This document shows, piece after piece, positions 36,278 through 44,926 of a stretch of DNA of 64,000 nt. A program made the translations under genes and the position numbers. This DNA is from an uncultured Bacteroidales bacterium (GTDB taxonomy: Bacteria > Bacteroidota > Bacteroidia > Bacteroidales > Muribaculaceae), in the NCBI GenBank assembly GCA_902781045.1, contig CACZHT010000005.1:19085-83084 (forward strand), in the 5' to 3' direction. A model generated the notes under the pieces. That model did not search any database. It was not told the DNA's origin and was given only the letters and a program-made list of their open reading frames with translations. Positions within the stretch are counted from its first letter, which is position 1. The number at the start of each line of letters is the position of its first letter.

Positions 36278-37435
36278 ATGAAAAAGATTTTTATCTTTGC
36301 AATGATGGCTTCGGCTTTTGCCGGTGCCGTGAATGCTCAGGGCATTGAGTGGACTACCACCGCCGAGCAGACTGTGAAATCGTTCGTCAAGGCTCCCAAG
36401 GCCGATGAGCGCCAGATCATTTCGAACCAGGCTGGTATGCTGGTTGAGGGTGTTAACTTGAAGCTCAACAGCTTCCAGGTCGAGTGCCTCACCACTACTC
36501 AAGACTTGGATGGACTTCCCAAGTTTGCTGAGGTCAACAAGCTGATGCTCAATGGCACCAACCTTGAGGCCAACCGCACCATGGGTATCGAGGCTTATGC
36601 CGAGAACACCAACGAGACTATCCTGCGCAACATCGACCTGTCGCTCAGCGAAATGCCGCTGCCCGTCGAGGACTTCAGAGTGGCCAACATGACCGAGATG
36701 ACCATGCCCGAGCAGGGTCAGGATGGTTACATTGTCGAGCTGCCGTTTGATGTTAAGCCTTTCTACTATCTGGGCGAGGGCGCTTACATCACGCTCAACA
36801 TGTCGACCCCCGAGGATGTCATGTTCAACTTTGAGGTCACCGAGGCCGAGCTGGAGGTTCCCGCTGTCTATCGCAACAGCTTCTTCCCCTTCTACACTGG
36901 CATGAGCACTGAGAACGCTAAGGTTCCTGCTGCTTATCAGACTGCTTTCGAGGCTATCGTTGAGGCTCTGGATCTGCAGCCCAACACGCTGCCCGCTTAC
37001 CAGCTGGACTACTACACCCACGATGTGTTTGGCACCGTTGTCAGAGATGGTAAGGCCGTTTCTGGCGCTCAGATCGTTATCAGCCAGAATGGTGGTGAGG
37101 ACTTCACCGCCACCAGCGATGAGAATGGCGAATTTGTCATTGAGGGTCTTGACTACACCAAGAACTGCACTATCAATGTTGTCTATGGTGAGAATAATCT
37201 GGATGAGCAGTATGAGGCAGTCATGAATTTCGGCAACCAGAGCAACGACATTCTGGTCAATGTTACTCTCTCGCCCAAAACAGCTGTTGAGAACGTCAAC
37301 GCCAGCAAGAGCGTTGTTGCCGTCAACTACCTTGACATGTCTGGTCGCATGAGCAATGTGCCCTTCAACGGTGTCAATGTCGTTGTCACTCGCTATGCCG
37401 ATGGCACTACCAACGTTTCGAAGGTCGTTCGCTAA
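36278..37435 (+). CDS. Secreted protein with carboxypeptidase-regulatory-like domain and T9SS C-terminal sorting domain
   Basis: Signal peptide ending AVNA. GTVVRDGKAVSGAQI...TSDENGEFVIEGL. Tail TAVENV...YLDMSGRMSNVPFNGVNVVVTRYADGTTNVSKVVR. Strongly biased codons. Confidence 0.78.
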   Translation: MKKIFIFAMMASAFAGAVNAQGIEWTTTAEQTVKSFVKAPKADERQIISNQAGMLVEGVNLKLNSFQVECLTTTQDLDGLPKFAEVNKLMLNGTNLEANRTMGIEAYAENTNETILRNIDLSLSEMPLPVEDFRVANMTEMTMPEQGQDGYIVELPFDVKPFYYLGEGAYITLNMSTPEDVMFNFEVTEAELEVPAVYRNSFFPFYTGMSTENAKVPAAYQTAFEAIVEALDLQPNTLPAYQLDYYTHDVFGTVVRDGKAVSGAQIVISQNGGEDFTATSDENGEFVIEGLDYTKNCTINVVYGENNLDEQYEAVMNFGNQSNDILVNVTLSPKTAVENVNASKSVVAVNYLDMSGRMSNVPFNGVNVVVTRYADGTTNVSKVVR

Positions 37436-37454
37436 AGTTTAATCGACTTTTTCA

Positions 37455-37470
37455 TCGAACTCACGTTAAG
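37455..37470 (-). repeat. 16-bp motif CTTAAYGTGAGTTCGA, copy 2 (inverted)
   Basis: tcgaactcacgttaag, whose reverse complement is cttaacgtgagttcga. Confidence 0.6.
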
Positions 37471-37485
37471 CAACCCTGAGTTGCA

Positions 37486-37520
37486 GAGGGGTCATGACTC
37501 GTGCAGAGTCATGACCCCTC
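37486..37520 (+). terminator. Intrinsic terminator-like hairpin
   Basis: gaggggtcatgactc-gtgca-gagtcatgacccctc, perfect 15-bp stem followed by gctatttt. Confidence 0.75.
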
Positions 37521-37680
37521 GCTATTTTATGACCACATCAAATGCTTTTAAATATTGTTGAACAAATATTAAATTGGTTCAAGATATCGCTGAAAAAAGC
37601 AATGTTTGGTTAAAGATTCTTTGGAATCCTAAATTCTAGATACTTTGTTGTAATTTTGTGGCACTCAATTCTAACAAGGT

Positions 37681-39537
37681 ATGAAGAAATACAGAAGCCT
37701 CAACGAGGATGAGATAAAAATCATGCAGAGCAATGGCTGCCAGGCCGAGGACTGGAAACTGGTGATGGTGGCCAAAGGTTTTGAGCCCGAAGCATGTCAC
37801 CGCGTGACTTTTTATGGCTGGGCCAGAATTGGCAGTACCAAAGGTACTGTCGAGGTCACCGAGGGCTTTGTCAAGCATTGTGGCATCAACAATGCAACAC
37901 TGCGCAATGTCACCATCGGCGACCAATGTCTCATTGAGAACATCGGCAACTTTATCAATGATGTCAACATAGGCAACTGTTGCCAAGTGTCGAATGTCAG
38001 TACCATCAACACTACCCGCGAGGCCAACTATGGCGAGGGAACGCTCATCTCTGTGCTCAACGAGGCCGGAAAGGGAAACCTTATCATCTTCAGTGGACTC
38101 AACAGTCAGGTCGGGGCACTGATGGTCAATCATGCCAGCGACAAGAAGCTGATGGCCACGCTCAAACGCCTCATTGGCGAAACTGTGGCGGCGACTAGGC
38201 CGCGATGCACCACCATCGGCGACCATGTGGCCATTGTCAACACCAACCAGATCACTAATGCCGTCATCGGCGATGCCTGTCGCATCGAGGGCACGGCGCG
38301 CCTCAACGACTGCACAATTGCAAGTACGACTGACAATCCCATACACATTGGCACTGGTGTCATCTGCGAGAACTCTATTGTCAGTGGTGGCAGCAAGCTC
38401 ACTGGCAGTGTCAAGATGGTGGACTGTTTTGTGGGCGAGGCTTGTGAGCTGTCGATTGGTTTCACTGCCGCTAGTAGTGTCTTTTTTGCCAACTCCTACA
38501 TGAGTAATGGTGAGGCTTGCGCGGCATTCTGTGGACCCTATACGGTCAGTCACCACAAGAGTTCGTTGCTCATCGGGGCCATGTTTTCGTTCTACAACGC
38601 CGGGTCGGCCACCAACTTCAGCAACCATGCCTACAAGATGGGGCCCATGCACTATGGCACGCTTGAGCGGGGTGTCAAGACGGCAAGCGGCGCATACCTG
38701 CTCATGCCGGCCAAGATTGGGGCATTTTCGGTCTTGTTCGGCAAGCTAATGTATCATCCCGACACACGCGACCTGCCGTTTTCTTATCTCATCGCCTACA
38801 GCGACACGATGTATCTGGTGCCTGGGCGCAACTTTGCGACTGTGGGACTCTACCGTGACATACGCAAGTGGCCCAAACGCGACCGCCGCAATTCGGCCGA
38901 CCGCAAGAGCTGTGTCAACTTCGACTGGCTCAGCCCCTTCACCATCAGCGAGGTGCTGCGAGGCAAGCGCATCCTGGAAGACCTGCGCGACCACAAGCCC
39001 AATGCCGGCAAGAACTACAAGTATCAGGATTATGTCATCAAGTCAGAGTGGCTTGAACGTGGCATCATGTATTACGACCTGGCACTACGCATCTACATGG
39101 GGGCAGTGCTCAAGCGGCATCGGCCCACCAAGCCTCGCACTCAACGCGGCGAGGGCAACTGGATTGACTTGTCGGGGCTGCTAATGCCTGAAAGCGAGGA
39201 GAAACTGGTCATCGATGACTTGATCTCGGGCAAACTGGACAGTATCTCGGCACTGATTTATCGCTTCAAGGGCATCAACGATGACTATAACGAGCTGCGG
39301 TGGGCATGGAGCTACCGGCTGTTGCTTGACTACTATGGACTGGACGAACTGAGCGACGACAGTCTGGACCGCATACATGCCGACTACAAGGAAGCCCGGC
39401 ACAAGTGGGTGGACCTCATCCGTCAAGATGCCGAGAAGGAGTTTGCTCTGGGCGATGTCGAGCGCGAGGTGTTTGAGGACTTTATCAGCCAGCTGGATCG
39501 CGAGGTTGACTTCGAGGACCGACGGCTTTATATGTGA
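37681..39537 (+). CDS. DUF4954-family protein (beta-helix-like, conserved in Bacteroidales)
   Basis: YR.L...EI..M.SNGC.AEDW, SNGEACAAFCGPYTVSHHKSSLLI, GSATNFSNHAYKMGP and DIRKWPKRDRR. Confidence 0.82.
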   Translation: MKKYRSLNEDEIKIMQSNGCQAEDWKLVMVAKGFEPEACHRVTFYGWARIGSTKGTVEVTEGFVKHCGINNATLRNVTIGDQCLIENIGNFINDVNIGNCCQVSNVSTINTTREANYGEGTLISVLNEAGKGNLIIFSGLNSQVGALMVNHASDKKLMATLKRLIGETVAATRPRCTTIGDHVAIVNTNQITNAVIGDACRIEGTARLNDCTIASTTDNPIHIGTGVICENSIVSGGSKLTGSVKMVDCFVGEACELSIGFTAASSVFFANSYMSNGEACAAFCGPYTVSHHKSSLLIGAMFSFYNAGSATNFSNHAYKMGPMHYGTLERGVKTASGAYLLMPAKIGAFSVLFGKLMYHPDTRDLPFSYLIAYSDTMYLVPGRNFATVGLYRDIRKWPKRDRRNSADRKSCVNFDWLSPFTISEVLRGKRILEDLRDHKPNAGKNYKYQDYVIKSEWLERGIMYYDLALRIYMGAVLKRHRPTKPRTQRGEGNWIDLSGLLMPESEEKLVIDDLISGKLDSISALIYRFKGINDDYNELRWAWSYRLLLDYYGLDELSDDSLDRIHADYKEARHKWVDLIRQDAEKEFALGDVEREVFEDFISQLDREVDFEDRRLYM

Positions 39538-39563
39538 TCAATCTGTCATGTTAATAATGACAT

Positions 39564-39597
39564 AATCCCGTCCGCCATATTTGTGGCGGACGGGATT
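39564..39597. terminator. Bidirectional terminator-like hairpin between convergent genes
   Basis: aatcccgtccgcca / tggcggacgggatt, perfect 14-bp stem. Confidence 0.75.
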
Positions 39598-39628
39598 TTC
39601 AGTCCAGTGCTGTTGCGACTGAGCGGGC

Positions 39629-40063
39629 TTACTTCTTCTCGCCCAGTTTGCCCTTGGCGGCATCGAGTGCTTCCATGACCTTCTTGGTCATCAATCCCTC
39701 AAGGTCGACTTTCTCAGCTGCTTTCTTGCCAGCTTCGTCAAATGCCTTCTGGGCCTCCTCGCCCTTCTCGCTGTAGTACTTCTCAAAGGTTTCCTCGGTA
39801 GACTTCATCGCCTCCTCAAGCTTCTTCTGCGACTCCTTGTCGGTAAAATCAGTCTCCTCGATGGCCTTGACCATAAAGTCGGCACAAGCTTGGGCATCCT
39901 TCTCGGGATCGCCAGTCGGGGTCAGCTTACCGTCAGTTGCTGCCTCTGTGGCACTTTCAGTCTGTTCAGGTGCGGCTGCCTTGTTGTCGGTGGCACCCTT
40001 CTCTGTGCAGCTGTACAGCGCAAGCGAGAACAGCGCAACAAGCATCAGTAAGTACTTCTTCAT
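39629..40063 (-). CDS. Small helical lipoprotein of unknown function
   Basis: MKKYLLMLVALFSLALYSC lipobox, acidic/lysine-rich helical body. Upstream promoter TTTG-N19-TATCTTTG at 40112-40142. Confidence 0.75.
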   Translation of the reverse strand: MKKYLLMLVALFSLALYSCTEKGATDNKAAAPEQTESATEAATDGKLTPTGDPEKDAQACADFMVKAIEETDFTDKESQKKLEEAMKSTEETFEKYYSEKGEEAQKAFDEAGKKAAEKVDLEGLMTKKVMEALDAAKGKLGEKK

Positions 40064-40202
40064 AATGTTTTGAAATGCGTTTAAAGTGAATAATTGTTAC
40101 TTATCGCACGGCAAAGATACAAAAAGTTTTTCAATTTGCAAATTTTTCTTTAATTTTTCTGTCTCCTAGTCGCTTTTTCGACTGTGAGTCACATCATGCA
40201 AC

Positions 40203-40889
40203 TCATTCAACTCGCTCCGCACCATGATAGGTGCCGTGCTTGTCGTGAGCCCGGTTGTCATCGTCGACGGTGAATGTGGCATAGTCGGCATCCTCAAGCA
40301 GCTCGCCCATATACCAGATGTGTGCCTTGTCGCGGCTGTAGTAGCCTTTCCAATCCTCATCGTAGGTGGCGGGGTCGGCCAACGGCAGAATCTTGCCGAA
40401 GCGATATACATGGTTCTTGTCGACAGCATGGGTGATACTCTTGACCTTGAATGTGGCAAGGTCAACACCGGCGATGTGGAGGGTGTCAAAGTAGGCACAC
40501 TGAGAGTCTTTGGCCCAGAAGTCATCCTCAAATCGCTTGAGAATCTTGAACGTGCTCATGTCTGCCACATGCATGGGCGATGTCTGGTAATAGTAGTCAT
40601 TCTTGTCGCAGAACAAAGGATAATGCTTGGCTTCGATGGTTGCTGGGTCGGCACTGGACACCAGCTTGTTCTGGAAGTAGACGCGCTGGGTGTCTCGTCC
40701 CAGCCAATCGTTCACACTCTTGAACGTCGCAGCGTCGGCACCGGGCAAGGTGTCATATCTTTGCCCGAAACTGAACGTCCAGTAGGTGTAGCGCACCACT
40801 TGGCCATCCGACTCATACTTGCCATGACTGCTGCAACTGGCTGCAAGCAACACAGCCGCAATAATAAGAATTTGTCTCATAGTTTTCAA
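40203..40889 (-). CDS. DKNYY-repeat lipoprotein
   Basis: Lipobox LAASC. Repeats GAD.ATFK, DKNDYYY, AVDKNHVY, SRDKAHIWY. Confidence 0.8.
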   Translation of the reverse strand: MKTMRQILIIAAVLLAASCSSHGKYESDGQVVRYTYWTFSFGQRYDTLPGADAATFKSVNDWLGRDTQRVYFQNKLVSSADPATIEAKHYPLFCDKNDYYYQTSPMHVADMSTFKILKRFEDDFWAKDSQCAYFDTLHIAGVDLATFKVKSITHAVDKNHVYRFGKILPLADPATYDEDWKGYYSRDKAHIWYMGELLEDADYATFTVDDDNRAHDKHGTYHGAERVE

Positions 40890-41531
40890 TTAGTTATGGT
40901 TGGGTTGATAGATATCAGCATCCACAGCATGCATCTGTGGCCCTACAATGAGGACTTCGCCCATTAGTGCAGCATCAGGGTCGTAATCCATGACAAAAGT
41001 GTTATTGATGTGTTGCTTAGCATCAATCTCTAAAGTCTTCATTCCTATATGCTTGATTAACAACTTGCTGCCACGCTTCACCCTGATCGCAAAAGCGCCA
41101 TCTAAGTCTGTCACAGTATCATGTTGGGTGCCTATGACAACTATGCTTGCGCCGATGAGGGGTTCTTTATCTTCCTTATCGATAACATTACCTCTAATAA
41201 CCACAATATCGCTGTCGCCAGGGGCTGCATCCACAAGTCGAGGCTCTGCTCGTTGTGTGGCGACTTGTTGAGGGGATTGCTGCGTTTGGGCTAGGGCAGG
41301 AGTCAATGCGGCTGTGCTCAGCGTGAGGCCTGCCACAACCACAGCCTTGCCCATGGCTTGGCGCAGACGCAGTTGTCGCTCGATATAGCGCAACTCACCC
41401 TCACAGTGCGGGCAGGTCCCAGAGCATTCGCCTTGGTGGTCGCATTCAGCAGGAGCATAAGCAATGTCATTGGCGCTGGCTATGTGACAACGAATGTCGC
41501 GCAGAACTTCGCATATTTCTTTTCCATTCAT
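40890..41531 (-). CDS. Protein with Cys-rich N-terminal domain, TM helix and carboxypeptidase-regulatory-like domain
   Basis: C..LRDIR.HIA..N.I.....CDHQGECSGTCPHCEGE, hydrophobic helix, then IRGNVIDKEDKEPLIGASI...TVTDLDGAF. Promoter TTTG-N20-TAACTTTG upstream. Confidence 0.72.
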   Translation of the reverse strand: MNGKEICEVLRDIRCHIASANDIAYAPAECDHQGECSGTCPHCEGELRYIERQLRLRQAMGKAVVVAGLTLSTAALTPALAQTQQSPQQVATQRAEPRLVDAAPGDSDIVVIRGNVIDKEDKEPLIGASIVVIGTQHDTVTDLDGAFAIRVKRGSKLLIKHIGMKTLEIDAKQHINNTFVMDYDPDAALMGEVLIVGPQMHAVDADIYQPNHN

Positions 41532-41831
41532 TGCTGTCGTCTGTATTAAATGTTCGGCACAAAGTTACATATTCCGGATCAGAAATCCAAAGAATTGCGC
41601 ATTTTTTAACGTCAGAATCAGATTCCAGCCAGCGCAGTGAAATCAATCATTGGATAGACAACTTGGCCGTTTCCGGCTTCGTATCGGTTATGGTCGGCAT
41701 AACACTGTATGCCCCAAAAAACTGTTTGTTGTTGCCACCAATGCGCGAGCCAAGCCTGATGTGATGCCCAAGGCCGATATTGCACAGCACAACGACAAGC
41801 GCAACGCCCACAGTAAGTCCGTTAAAAATTA

Positions 41832-41860
41832 AGTGTAATGAATTTGGCATTCATTACACT
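41832..41860 (-). terminator. Terminator downstream of tRNA-Ser
   Basis: agtgtaatgaat / attcattacact, perfect 12-bp stem with a T-rich tail on the minus strand. Confidence 0.75.
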
Positions 41861-41867
41861 GTCTGTG

Positions 41868-41953
41868 CGGAAAGAGAGGGATTCGAACCCACGGTACGCA
41901 GAGCGTACAACGGTTTTCGAGACCGCCCCGATCGACCACTCCGGCATCTTTCC
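41868..41953 (-). tRNA. tRNA-Ser(CGA)
   Basis: GGAAAGA/TCTTTCC acceptor stem, GGAGTGG D-loop, anticodon arm GCGGT-CTCGAAA-ACCGT, long variable arm, GGTTCGAATCC T-loop. CCA is not encoded. Confidence 0.95.
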
Positions 41954-41990
41954 TAGTCATGTGTTCCGGCTTTCTCTCCGATTCACGCTG

Positions 41991-42022
41991 CAAAATTACT
42001 GCCTTTTTCTGAACTGTACAAA
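41991..42022 (-). promoter_or_regulatory. Promoter of tRNA-Ser
   Basis: Minus strand TTTG-N20-TAATTTTG. Confidence 0.65.
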
Positions 42023-42047
42023 TTTTTGGCAAGAAAAATGATAAAAA

Positions 42048-42659
42048 TCATTCTTCAAGCAGGTTTTTGAGCAATTGAAGCATCGAGTGTGACGGGTTGC
42101 CATTTAATTCGAGTTCAACGGTGAGACGCAATTCAGGGTCTAACTCAATGCGACGCATTACCACCAAGTTCAGCATCAGGCGGAACGCAGTGTATCGCAA
42201 CAGCGGTGATGGCTCATCGTGCAAAGTGCGCTGCGTCGCCACCAAGTTCAGCATCTTGCGGTACACAATGCAATGTACCTGCGATGATGTCTCATCAAGC
42301 AACTGCATCATGAGCGCGGGGGCATATTCCAATCGACGCAGCAGGCGATGGCACAGTATATCGGCTTCCTCCTCGTTCATCACATCGTGACACCAACGCA
42401 GAGCGGTCGCTTGATTGCACTGAGCAGTGGGGTAGAGCATGGTGGCTATCAGGCGGCACTCGCGGTGCTTGCGGTCGGCCCACAAGGCCTCGGCCAACTC
42501 GGTTGATGGCTCATAGACTTGGGCCACAGCCGTAATGTCGCTCAGCGGACAACCCATGATGAGTTCATGTGGGTCGCCACTGGCCCGCAGTGCATCGGCC
42601 ACAACACCATTGCGTCGAGCAAATAGTGCCAGCCTTATTTCTTTCAGTGTCTCTTGCAT
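42048..42659 (-). CDS. DNA alkylation repair (AlkD-like, HEAT-repeat) family protein
   Basis: IRL.LFA.RNGVVA..LR..G, LAEALW...HRECRLIATMLYP, EEADILC..LL. Confidence 0.65.
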   Translation of the reverse strand: MQETLKEIRLALFARRNGVVADALRASGDPHELIMGCPLSDITAVAQVYEPSTELAEALWADRKHRECRLIATMLYPTAQCNQATALRWCHDVMNEEEADILCHRLLRRLEYAPALMMQLLDETSSQVHCIVYRKMLNLVATQRTLHDEPSPLLRYTAFRLMLNLVVMRRIELDPELRLTVELELNGNPSHSMLQLLKNLLEE

Positions 42660-42670
42660 AACATCATCAT

Positions 42671-42745
42671 TAAGAGTTTATAGTTAGAGTGAGTAAGAAA
42701 GGAAACAACTCATAACTATAAACTCTTAACTTTAAACTATAAATT
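42671..42745. repeat. Heptamer arrays arranged as an inverted pair
   Basis: Perfect 16-bp inverted repeat taagagtttatagtta (42671-42686) / taactataaactctta (42713-42728), continuing as taacttt-aaactat. Confidence 0.7.
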
Positions 42746-42750
42746 AGATA

Positions 42751-44796
42751 CTACTTGGTCAGCGGCGAGTAGTCGCGGCTGTAGCGCAGCATCTGGTCGA
42801 CATAGTTCTCGCCGTAGGTCACCTTGATGTCGGTGATATTGCCGCTGGCGTCATACACCGGCTTGTAGACGGGGTTGACAAAGCCCTTGTAGGGGGCGAT
42901 ATCCAACGAGTTGTAGCGAGCCAGAACCTCCTTGTGCAGTTTCGGGTCAACCTTCACACCGTAGGTCTCGACCAACTTGCGGCCGGCCTCAAAGTCGCCC
43001 TCGCTCTTGATGCGCTGTACCTCGGCCAGCAATTCGGCGAACAATCCGCGCAGCTTCTCATAGTTGTTGATTTTGACGTAAGTCTTGCCCTTGCGCTTGA
43101 CCAGCTCGATGACCTTGTCCTTCTTGCCTTTCTGCAGACACCACTCGCTGATGAACTTGCGGTTGCGCATGTGCGACTCCTCGATGTTCTTGCCCGGCTC
43201 GATGCGGTAGAGTTGGGTCAGCAGGCCGTTCATGATATATTTGTAGTACTCCGACTTGTAGGCATCGGGGCTGTCAAAGATGCCCAGCTCCACCAGCTTG
43301 GGGTCGGCCAGGTAGTAGAGGGCGAACAGGTCGGCACGGCCTTCCTCCAGCGTGGCACCGTAGGCCTTGAGCGCGTCAGGGTCGACACCGGGCAGCAGCT
43401 GACCGCTGGCATGGCCCAGGCACTCGTGCAGGTCGGTGTGCAGCTTATCGGCCAGCGTGAGGTACTTCTTCATCAGGTCAATCTCGGTCTGGCTGTAGGC
43501 AAACTCCTCGTTCAGACCCGAGCCGTTGGCCACCTCGTCGTAGGCATCGGTGATATTTTCGAGCGTGACCGACTTCGAGCCGTGAGCGGCGCGAATCCAG
43601 TTGCTGTTGGGCAGGTTGATGCCGATGGGGGTAGAGGGATAGCTGTCGCCAGCCAGGATGGCGGCGGTGATGACCTTGGCACTCACGCCGGTGACCTTCT
43701 CCTTGCGGAAGCGCGGGTCGACGGGCGAGTGGTCCTCAAACCACTGTGCGTTGCCGCTGATGAGGCTGGTGCGGTGCGACGCAGCGTTGTTGCGGAAGTT
43801 GACGATGCTCTCCCACGAGCCGGTCATGCCCAGTGGGTCGCCATAGCTCTCGATAAAGCCGTTGATAAAGTCGACCTGGCTCTTGGTGTCCTCGGCCCAC
43901 ATGATTGAATACTCGTCGAAGGTCAGCAGTGAGCCTGTCTCGTAGAACTCAATCAGCTTGTTGATGTAGTCACGCTGGGCGCTGGTCTCGGCCACCTTCA
44001 CGGCCTTCTGCAGCCAGTAGACGATGTTGACGATGGCCTGCGAATAGAGGCCGCCCACTTTATAAGGCTTCTCGACAACCTTGCCATTCTCCTTGACCAC
44101 CTTGCAGTTCAGACCATAGCTGATGGGCGTGGTGTCGTTGGGGTTCTTCATCGCGTTATAGAAGTCCTCGACCTCCTTCTGCGTCACACCCTCATAGAGG
44201 TTGGTGGCCGAAGTCAGAATCAAATCCTCGCCATCGGCCTGGTTGACTTTCTTGGGCATGAAGGTGGGGTCGAAGATCACCTTCTCCAGCGTCTTGCGTA
44301 ACCGGGCGGCCTTGTCACACTTGCCCTCCTCGGTGCAGCGGTCGCACGAGTTGATGGGCAGCGCAGTCAGTGGCAGCTTATTGTACTCGTCAACAAAAAA
44401 GTTAATCGAGAACTGGGGCACAAACTTGTCCATGCCATAGTGGTGATAGATGCCATTGCCAAACCACACCTGCTTCAGATACAGCTCCAGCCCCTTGAAG
44501 TCCTGGCTGTTGCGGTCGCCCTGATAGCGAGTGTAAATCTCCTCAAGCACCTTGCGGACATACAGGTTGTACTTGCCGTTCTGGTCAAACAGGATGTCGC
44601 GACCTTGCAAGGCGGCCTCGGTCAGATAATAGACCAGCTTCTTCTGATTCAACGACAGTTCGTCAAACCCGGGGACCTGATAGCGCAGCACCTGGATGTC
44701 AGCAAAACGGTCCACGTTGTAGTCAAAGTTACTACTTTGTGCCATAGCAGTGGATGATAACGCCACCAGTGCGGCGGCAATAATTGTTTTTCGCAT
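42751..44796 (-). CDS. Dipeptidyl-peptidase III (M49)
   Basis: Signal peptide, DRFADIQVLRY, HECLGH zinc motif, LEEGRADLFALYY, IEESHMRNR. Promoter TTTG-N20-TATCTTTG at 44842-44873. Confidence 0.92.
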   Translation of the reverse strand: MRKTIIAAALVALSSTAMAQSSNFDYNVDRFADIQVLRYQVPGFDELSLNQKKLVYYLTEAALQGRDILFDQNGKYNLYVRKVLEEIYTRYQGDRNSQDFKGLELYLKQVWFGNGIYHHYGMDKFVPQFSINFFVDEYNKLPLTALPINSCDRCTEEGKCDKAARLRKTLEKVIFDPTFMPKKVNQADGEDLILTSATNLYEGVTQKEVEDFYNAMKNPNDTTPISYGLNCKVVKENGKVVEKPYKVGGLYSQAIVNIVYWLQKAVKVAETSAQRDYINKLIEFYETGSLLTFDEYSIMWAEDTKSQVDFINGFIESYGDPLGMTGSWESIVNFRNNAASHRTSLISGNAQWFEDHSPVDPRFRKEKVTGVSAKVITAAILAGDSYPSTPIGINLPNSNWIRAAHGSKSVTLENITDAYDEVANGSGLNEEFAYSQTEIDLMKKYLTLADKLHTDLHECLGHASGQLLPGVDPDALKAYGATLEEGRADLFALYYLADPKLVELGIFDSPDAYKSEYYKYIMNGLLTQLYRIEPGKNIEESHMRNRKFISEWCLQKGKKDKVIELVKRKGKTYVKINNYEKLRGLFAELLAEVQRIKSEGDFEAGRKLVETYGVKVDPKLHKEVLARYNSLDIAPYKGFVNPVYKPVYDASGNITDIKVTYGENYVDQMLRYSRDYSPLTK

Positions 44797-44926
44797 AGAG
44801 TTTGTTTATTTAGTTTTATAAGGTAAGTCACATTTAGCCCACAAAGATACGGCTTTTCGCACAATGCTGCAAAAGTTCGGCCCAAAATTACAGTCAAGGG
44901 CTAGCCGAACCGCGCGGTGGCAATTG

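Noticed and set aside
41647-41850. 67-aa ORF between tRNA-Ser and the Cys-rich gene
   Set aside because: Its start lies within the tRNA terminator hairpin and it has no recognisable motif. Overlapping ORFs on both strands are equally unconvincing.
39629-41953. Genomic island integrated at the 3' end of tRNA-Ser
   Set aside because: No duplicated tRNA 3' end and no integrase in the window. The tRNA is followed directly by its own terminator.
42934-43908. Long antisense ORFs (also 6022-6909, 15226-16032, 36260-37021, 37636-38652, 58175-58945)
   Set aside because: They lie exactly opposite well-supported genes with biased codon usage and have no motifs. These are shadow ORFs.
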